Shown: positions 38,547-43,864 of the stretch, piece by piece
Layout: every line of letters starts with the position of its first letter
Position numbering within the stretch: position 1 is the first letter of the stretch
Assembly: GCA_964413645.1 (NCBI GenBank)
Contig: CAYPSA010000008.1
Location: forward strand, 1-43,864
Direction of reading: 5' to 3'
Source: an uncultured Gammaproteobacteria bacterium
GTDB lineage: Bacteria > Patescibacteriota > Microgenomatia > UBA1406 > HO2-37-13b
DNA: 43,864 nucleotides
Made by a program: the position numbers and the translations under genes
The notes under the pieces: model-generated
What the model was told of the DNA's origin: nothing
Databases searched by the model: none
The model's input: the letters and a program-made list of their open reading frames with translations, nothing else

Positions 38547-38741
38547 ATGTTTTCTCATACGTCAAATAAAGATGGAAATTTTTGGGCACACAAATTTATG
38601 GACTTAGCTAATTTAGAGCTGATCACTCTCGTGTTTGGGCAAATTAATGCTCCAAAAATACACTTGCAAGGGGTGTTCGTAGGGATTACACTGTACTTAC
38701 TATTGGTGGTTATGAGTTTACTTCTTAATAATGAACTTTAA
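38547..38741 (+). CDS. Possible small membrane protein
   Basis: 64 aa with two hydrophobic segments (DLANLELITLVFGQ...), in an otherwise empty 400-bp gap. Confidence 0.4.
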   Translation: MFSHTSNKDGNFWAHKFMDLANLELITLVFGQINAPKIHLQGVFVGITLYLLLVVMSLLLNNEL

Positions 38742-38824
38742 TTTTAACGATCCATACATGGGTGTAATATATATGAATGTTGGGATTTTGATCGGAATAG
38801 CTTTCTTGTTTAGAAAAAGGCTTT

Positions 38825-39343
38825 TTAAGAAGAAATAAATCCACTTTCTTCAAGCGCATCAAGAACAATTGGAATAACAACTTCACTTACTGCGAATTTA
38901 TTCTTTAGAATTTCTGCTGAAATGGTTTGATGTTCAATCAAATGCGCAACAATATCTGAAATAACTGCCTCATCGATCTCCAATTCTTCATTTGGATTAA
39001 ATACTTTTCGAATCGCCTGCGCTTCTCCGTGCTCCACAATTCCTTTTTGCTCTAAATCAGCCATAATTTCTTTAGCTTTTGCTTCGTCTACCTTAAGCTC
39101 GCGTTGAAGTATGGCAAGCGACAGAACTCCTAGCTTTTTTGCTAATTTAGTTGCCGCATCATCTTCTGAAGTCTTTTTAGAATCAGCAGCGGGCTGCTCA
39201 TCTTTAGGAGAGAGTTTTTCAGTTAATACACCCACCAAAACTGCATTCCACTGATCCGGAGTTGAATCTTCTAGTTTTTTACGAGTTGAAGCCGGCAGGC
39301 TTGCAAACCACTCTTCTAATTTATTGCTTTTAATTCCAAACAT
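38825..39343 (-). CDS. Protein with tandem FtsK-gamma-like winged-helix domains
   Basis: SLAILQRELKVDEAKAKEIMADLEQKGIV resembles FtsK gamma; second copy SAEILKNKF...LDALEESGFI. Confidence 0.6.
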   Translation of the reverse strand: MFGIKSNKLEEWFASLPASTRKKLEDSTPDQWNAVLVGVLTEKLSPKDEQPAADSKKTSEDDAATKLAKKLGVLSLAILQRELKVDEAKAKEIMADLEQKGIVEHGEAQAIRKVFNPNEELEIDEAVISDIVAHLIEHQTISAEILKNKFAVSEVVIPIVLDALEESGFISS

Positions 39344-39502
39344 GTATGTATTTTATCATAAAATAACCTCCATGAAGCGATGATACCCGTTTTGCGATCC
39401 GCCAGCTAGCGAAAATTGAAGTCCCCTGAGGAGTGAATTGCAAGCAAAATGCGGTATCGAGCGTAATGCACAAGTAATTTTGTATAATTACATCATCAAA
39501 AA

Positions 39503-39577
39503 GCGCTAGTAGCTCAGTGGTAGAGCGCTACTCTTATAAAGTAGTGGTCGATGGTCCGATTCCATCCTAGCGCACCA
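39503..39577 (+). tRNA. tRNA-Ile(UAU)
   Basis: GCGCTAG/CTAGCGC acceptor, anticodon arm CTACT-CTTATAA-AGTAG, A73 and encoded CCA. Confidence 0.88.
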
Positions 39578-39593
39578 AGATGAATAATCCGTA

Positions 39594-40550
39594 TTAGAAT
39601 ATGTTTATGGAATGAAAATTGCTACCTGAAAGTCCTTCAATTGAAATACTCTCCCTAGTCAACGCAACTTTTTCTATTTGCTTCGGAGAAAGTACATACT
39701 CTTTGTAACTCTCCCCATTTCTTTTTAATGCTCCGATTCCCACCCAAAATTTTGCAATAGATGTTTTTGTAGTTCCTACGATTAAAAATTTTCCGGAAGG
39801 AATTGGCTGACAAAAAACAGGAATCTTTTCAGGCTCAAAATAGTAACCCAAACTTCTTTTTAGCGGCATATATGCATCGTGAATAATGCGAACTTTTTGT
39901 TTCCAGTCAGGATCTTTCAATTGCTCATCTGTTGGTTTTGCATTTAATGCAACCGATACCAGATCTGCCTCAATATAAATAGGATTTGTTTTCGCTAACT
40001 TGTCAATTTCTTCGTTGAGTGCAGCATAAAACGTTTCACGTGATCCCCATATGCTTTCAAACGGTGTTACTGTCATTTCAAGATTCTTTGGTTGGTATGA
40101 TTTAAGAAAGTCGAGGATCTTTCGTTCTTCTTCAATATACACCTCAACATCTTCCATAGGAATACCATTCATCCGTGGAATAATCAAATCGTCAACAAAA
40201 TAATCAAAGGTAACTCCTGGCTCATAAATCTCACAAATTGGCTTAAGCCACTTTGTGTAGTAGATCGAGACAAATAGCTCTGCCCAATCAGGGACAGGAG
40301 CCTCTTTAAGGCTCCATAATTTATATGCCCCATGCGGAAAAGTAACGTTAATAGGGTCATTATTTTCGACATTTATCTCAATTGCTTTCTTTATTTTTGC
40401 AACCAGTTCCTCGTTTGCAGCATATTTTCTAAACTTTTTTGACATCAAAAGTCGAAAAATTTCATCTTCCAGATTTGCTTTAGTCACTTTTCTCTGTTCA
40501 AAGCGTTTAAGCTCTTCTAGTTCATTCAGTATATGATCTTGAGGTGTCAT
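39594..40550 (-). CDS. Divergent PvcA/Dit1 (isonitrile synthase-like) fold protein; start probably 40550
   Basis: PINVTFP..YK...PDWAE...I..IYEPGV..VDD resembles the PI.F.LPAFP.KS..PD.AE..Y.PGA..SDG pattern. Confidence 0.5.
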   Translation of the reverse strand: MTPQDHILNELEELKRFEQRKVTKANLEDEIFRLLMSKKFRKYAANEELVAKIKKAIEINVENNDPINVTFPHGAYKLWSLKEAPVPDWAELFVSIYYTKWLKPICEIYEPGVTFDYFVDDLIIPRMNGIPMEDVEVYIEEERKILDFLKSYQPKNLEMTVTPFESIWGSRETFYAALNEEIDKLAKTNPIYIEADLVSVALNAKPTDEQLKDPDWKQKVRIIHDAYMPLKRSLGYYFEPEKIPVFCQPIPSGKFLIVGTTKTSIAKFWVGIGALKRNGESYKEYVLSPKQIEKVALTRESISIEGLSGSNFHSINIF

Positions 40551-40556
40551 CACGAA

Positions 40557-40589
40557 AATTATATCATCTTCCAAAAAGATGATATAATT
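40557..40589. promoter_or_regulatory. Perfect 14-bp inverted repeat carrying two divergent extended -10 boxes
   Basis: AATTATATCATCTT-CCAAA-AAGATGATATAATT. Confidence 0.7.
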
Positions 40590-40601
40590 ACTCCTGGGTT
40601 A

Positions 40602-40677
40602 GCCAAGATAGCCAAGGTGGTCACGGCGCGTGTCTGAAAAACATGAGATCTCAGTTCGACTCTGAGTCTTGGCACCA
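40602..40677 (+). tRNA. tRNA-Phe(GAA)
   Basis: GCCAAGA/TCTTGGC acceptor, CGTGT-CTGAAAA-ACATG anticodon arm, encoded CCA. Confidence 0.9.
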
Positions 40678-40680
40678 CAA

Positions 40681-40755
40681 GCGGTGGTAGTTCAGTGGTA
40701 GAATGCTTCCTTGCCAAGGAAGAGGTCGCCGGTTCAAATCCGGTCCACCGCTCCA
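40681..40755 (+). tRNA. tRNA-Gly(GCC)
   Basis: GCGGTGG/CCACCGC acceptor, CTTCC-TTGCCAA-GGAAG, U73 and CCA. Confidence 0.95.
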
Positions 40756-40757
40756 AA

Positions 40758-41408
40758 ATGAAAAACTCCCCTATTAAAGCCGCTATTTTTGACATGGATG
40801 GCCTTCTTATCGACAGTGAACCTCTTTGGGAAACAGCAGAAATTAATGTATTTTCGAAACTTGGCGTTGTTCTTACTCCTGCCATGACAAAGCAAACGAT
40901 GGGTTTTAGAGTGGATGATGTAGTAGAACATTGGTATACACGATATCCATGGCCTAATTATGAACGAGAACACGTTGAGAAAGACATAGTCAAAAACGTT
41001 ATCGAACTTATTTATCAAAAAAGTGAGCCTCGAGAAGGAGTGTTCGAAATATTAAAACTTTTCAAAGATCAAAATATTCCCATCGGCTTGGCTTCTTCTT
41101 CGTATCTAAGTGTAATAGAAGCAGTTCTTAAGCGATTCACAATCGCCGATTTTTTTGACGTTGTATATTCTGCAGAAGACGAGCCCTACGGAAAACCTCA
41201 TCCTGGGGTTTATATTACTGCGGCAAAAAAACTTGGAGTAGCCCCAGAAGAATGTATTGCTTTTGAAGACTCTTTCAATGGGGTGCTCGCGGCAAAATCT
41301 GCTCGAATGAAATGCGTGGCAGTTCCCGACAAACGACTTCCTAAGGATGCACGTTTTTGTATAGCCGACACCATTATTTCGTCATTAACTGAGTACGTCT
41401 TTGAATAG
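40758..41408 (+). CDS. HAD-superfamily sugar phosphatase (HxpB/YniC-like); start 40758
   Basis: AIFDMDGLLIDSEPLW, LASSS, GKPHPGVY, FEDSFNG; the ORF-track extension runs through tRNA-Gly. Confidence 0.9.
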   Translation: MKNSPIKAAIFDMDGLLIDSEPLWETAEINVFSKLGVVLTPAMTKQTMGFRVDDVVEHWYTRYPWPNYEREHVEKDIVKNVIELIYQKSEPREGVFEILKLFKDQNIPIGLASSSYLSVIEAVLKRFTIADFFDVVYSAEDEPYGKPHPGVYITAAKKLGVAPEECIAFEDSFNGVLAAKSARMKCVAVPDKRLPKDARFCIADTIISSLTEYVFE

Positions 41409-41417
41409 TTAAGCCAC

Positions 41418-41445
41418 TTGACATTAAGTACTATTTAGGTATAAT
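41418..41445 (+). promoter_or_regulatory. Consensus sigma70 promoter of the TA operon
   Basis: TTGACA-16 nt-TATAAT, 9 nt before ATG; overlapping direct repeat TTTAGGTAT x2. Confidence 0.8.
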
Positions 41446-41454
41446 TTAGGTATT

Positions 41455-41715
41455 ATGAACACTTCAAATGCACAGATTCAAATTAAAGTCAGCTTGTCGG
41501 AACAATTAAACAACCTTCTCGAAAGACGAGCGGATAATGTGGGCGTACCCGTAACTCAGTATGTAAAATATTTGATTCTTAAAGAAATTGAGTCTGCACA
41601 GTATCCTACATTTAGAGCTTCTAAACAGGTTGAAGATAATACGGCGGAAGCGTTAAAACACTACGATGAGGCTGTTGATGCAAGCGATTTCTTTTCGCAA
41701 TTACATGAAAGCTAA
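41455..41715 (+). CDS. Putative antitoxin (RHH-like)
   Basis: N-terminal IKVSLSEQLNNLLERRA..V..YVKYLI, acidic tail; directly upstream of a toxin. Confidence 0.7.
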   Translation: MNTSNAQIQIKVSLSEQLNNLLERRADNVGVPVTQYVKYLILKEIESAQYPTFRASKQVEDNTAEALKHYDEAVDASDFFSQLHES

Positions 41716-41977
41716 ATTTTCACCAACTGTTGCGCAAAAACTGATCAAGTTACATAAGAAAGATCCTGGACTAATAAAGAAAATCAAAAAACAGATTGCT
41801 CTCTTTGAATCAAATACAATACATCCATCATTGCGGACGCATAAATTAAGTGGGAACTATGTAAACCGTTGGAGTATTTCTGTTAATAAAAGCATACGTA
41901 TGATTTATCTTATTTTTCCAGATGACATTGCGTATTTTGTCGATCTTGGAACCCATGACGAAGTATATGGAAAATAA
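41705..41977 (+). CDS. RelE/YafQ-family mRNA interferase toxin; start probably 41705
   Basis: HPSLRTHKLSG, WSISVNKSIRMIY, DLGTHDEVY. Confidence 0.85.
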   Translation: MKAKFSPTVAQKLIKLHKKDPGLIKKIKKQIALFESNTIHPSLRTHKLSGNYVNRWSISVNKSIRMIYLIFPDDIAYFVDLGTHDEVYGK

Positions 41978-42278
41978 ATCTCAAACAGTCTTCAACCTCC
42001 TCACCCTCATTCCCAAAGGAAAAGTCACTACATACAAAGCGCTTGCTCAAAAAGCAGGTATTAGAAATCCTCGCTTAATTGGTTCAATCATTCATAAAAA
42101 CACCAATCCACGAGAGTTTCCCTGTCATCGAGTAATTCGATCCGACCGATCCATCGCAAACGGATATGCTTTTGGAGGAAAAACTGCACAAATTAAACTT
42201 CTAAAGAACGAGGGAGTCACTTTCAACAAAAATTCAACTAAAATCCTCCCCGGTTACATCTTGCGTACTATACAATAA
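41967..42278 (+). CDS. Methylated-DNA--protein-cysteine methyltransferase (MGMT C-terminal domain); start probably 41967
   Basis: IPKGKVTTYKALA, NPR.IG, PCHRVI active site. Confidence 0.88.
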   Translation: MENKSQTVFNLLTLIPKGKVTTYKALAQKAGIRNPRLIGSIIHKNTNPREFPCHRVIRSDRSIANGYAFGGKTAQIKLLKNEGVTFNKNSTKILPGYILRTIQ

Positions 42279-42282
42279 AACA

Positions 42283-43404
42283 ATGCGTCGCAGGAATAAC
42301 TCGAAAAAGAAGATTGCCATTATTATTGGAATAGTTCTCCTGTTCATAATCTCTGGAATAATAACTTTTAAAGTTCTTCGTTTTTACAATAATATATATA
42401 CAAAGAAGTCTCCTGGCATTCCTATTAAAACTCCTATAGAGAAAACCACATATAACATCTTGCTCATGGGATATGGTGGACCGGGCCATGAAGGCGCATA
42501 TTTAACCGATACCATGATGGTCGCTCATATTGATACGAAAACAAAAAAAGCTACGCTCATTTCAATTCCACGCGATATCTGGGTAAACGTTCCCACCGAT
42601 TCAAAAGATACGTTTCATTCTAAAATAAATGCGGTGTACCAAATGGGACTATTTCCCGAGAATTATCCCGATCTTCCGCAAAGATATCATGGCGAACAAG
42701 GTGCCGGAGAGCTCGTTGGACTTGCTATTTCACAAGTTACCGGACTGACTATTGATAATTATTTTGCAATCGATTTTGCGGGTTTTGAAAAAACAGTAAA
42801 TACTCTTGGGGGAATAAATATACCTGTTGCCATAACGTTTGATGATCCCGAATATCCACTTGCCGGACACGAGGATGACTTATGTGGTAAAACTGAAAGC
42901 GATTTGCCAGAACTTGAAAAAATTGCGACCGAATCACCGGAACTTGCATTTCCATGTCGCTACGAGGTTCTGCATTTTGATGCTGGATTACAAAAGATGG
43001 ATGGTACCACAGCGCTTAAATTTGTCCGTTCACGCCACAGTGAGCAAGATGGAGGCGACTTTAACAGGGCCCGACGCCAACAGCTTTTTTTACAAGCTCT
43101 TAAAAAAGAAATCGTTTCAATCGGCTTCATTCCAAAAATAATTCCGCTTATGGATGATTTGGGCAATCATATACACACCGATATTGATCCACTTTTTGCA
43201 AACAAACTCTTACTCAGTTCTCAGGTCGGGCAAGATTATGTCCAACAACAATTCGTTCTTGATGATGAAGACTACATCAAAGTAGGTCGTTCCGAAATTG
43301 GCCAGTTCATTCTAATCCCTACAGCAGGAATCGATAAATGGCAAACTGTTCATAAAGCTATTCAGGATTTCGTAACAAATATTACTCCTCGGCCGACGGA
43401 GTAA
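42283..43404 (+). CDS. LCP (LytR-CpsA-Psr) family glycopolymer ligase
   Basis: NILLMGYGG, TDTMMV, LISIPRD, KINA, ALKFVRSRH, DFNRARRQQ. Confidence 0.92.
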   Translation: MRRRNNSKKKIAIIIGIVLLFIISGIITFKVLRFYNNIYTKKSPGIPIKTPIEKTTYNILLMGYGGPGHEGAYLTDTMMVAHIDTKTKKATLISIPRDIWVNVPTDSKDTFHSKINAVYQMGLFPENYPDLPQRYHGEQGAGELVGLAISQVTGLTIDNYFAIDFAGFEKTVNTLGGINIPVAITFDDPEYPLAGHEDDLCGKTESDLPELEKIATESPELAFPCRYEVLHFDAGLQKMDGTTALKFVRSRHSEQDGGDFNRARRQQLFLQALKKEIVSIGFIPKIIPLMDDLGNHIHTDIDPLFANKLLLSSQVGQDYVQQQFVLDDEDYIKVGRSEIGQFILIPTAGIDKWQTVHKAIQDFVTNITPRPTE

Positions 43405-43636
43405 TTACCAATGGTTCGGGCGTTGGAGTTGGTGTTGGCGACAAAGTAGGAGTAGGAGCAACAGGAGCCGGTGTAAGTAATAAGCTAGCTCGTTCGAACT
43501 CAAAATATACACTACTCGTTCCAATACCAATAGCAATACCCGTTCCCAATGCAAGCGCCGCAATTACTACTTTTGCAGTTGCGAACTTTACAAATATATT
43601 CTTCGCATATATATTTTTCCTCTTAAAATTATCCAT
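43382..43636 (-). CDS. Small single-TM protein with a Pro/Thr-rich tail; start probably 43636
   Basis: TM followed by TPAPVAPTPTLSPTPTPTPEP; TATACT 6 nt before ATG. Confidence 0.6.
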   Translation of the reverse strand: MDNFKRKNIYAKNIFVKFATAKVVIAALALGTGIAIGIGTSSVYFEFERASLLLTPAPVAPTPTLSPTPTPTPEPLVITPSAEE

Positions 43637-43717
43637 CTCTTTAGTATACACGGAAACCATAACACTCGGCTTCCATTATAGGCACTTATCGAGTACAATA
43701 TAGCCACGCTTGAATTT

Positions 43718-43804
43718 GGAGAGGTCGCATAGTGGTCTAGTGCGGCAGTCTTGAAAACTGCTGTCCGAGCAATTGGACCGTGGGTTCGAATCCCACCCTC
43801 TCCG
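43718..43804 (+). tRNA. tRNA-Ser(UGA)
   Basis: GGAGAGG/CCTCTCC acceptor, GCAGT-CTTGAAA-ACTGC, long variable arm, G73. Confidence 0.95.
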
Positions 43805-43809
43805 CTACC

Positions 43810-43864
43810 AGTAGCGTAACAAAAATGGTTGTTTTTCTTCAGAAATAGGTTGGTACAACAATCC
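43810..43864 (+). repeat. Copy 2 of the 54-55 bp repeat
   Basis: AGTAGCGTAACAAAAATGG...GGTACAACAATCC, reverse complement of 1-54. Confidence 0.95.

Noticed and set aside
1-43864. Linear plasmid or phage with terminal inverted repeats
   Set aside because: Content is chromosomal (tRNAs, uppP, LCP) with no replication or virion genes, and the repeat length matches an assembler k-mer overlap.
1-43864. CRISPR array, integrase or transposase
   Set aside because: No regularly spaced repeat-spacer array and no recombinase or transposase motifs in any ORF.

Overview
Chromosomal contig of a low-GC, tightly packed bacterium, most likely Patescibacteria/CPR, Microgenomates-like (inferred from gene content and style; standard genetic code). 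About 30 kb (1.4-30.5 kb) is a surface-glycosylation supercluster: 13 multi-TM GT-C-fold transferases (ArnT/PMT-like, PTPS-related/YfhO-like, MptB-like, PIG-V-like), five GT2s including an ALG5/DPM1-like polyprenyl-phosphate sugar synthase, a GT4 and a Wzx flippase. A second GT4, uppP and an LCP protein lie to the right, along with a MacAB-like ABC exporter, CAP and Pro/Thr-rich exported proteins, five canonical tRNAs (Cys, Ile-UAU, Phe, Gly, Ser), a divergent PvcA/Dit1-like protein, a stand-alone tandem FtsK-gamma-like protein, a HAD phosphatase, a RelE/YafQ-type TA pair and an MGMT. Unusual features: (i) an atypical, promoter-bearing tRNA-like gene at 78-150; (ii) the same 54-55 bp sequence at both window ends, each just 3' of a tRNA gene; (iii) at least three families of REP-like palindromes, two of them inserted in frame in glycosyltransferase genes; (iv) pervasive -10 boxes 5-9 nt before ATG (leaderless mRNAs), including symmetric bidirectional promoters; (v) a 437-aa protein with tandem winged-helix-like segments. 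Family assignments come from motif recognition by eye; no searches were run. Several start codons were moved from the ORF track where promoter or homology context suggested a downstream Met.
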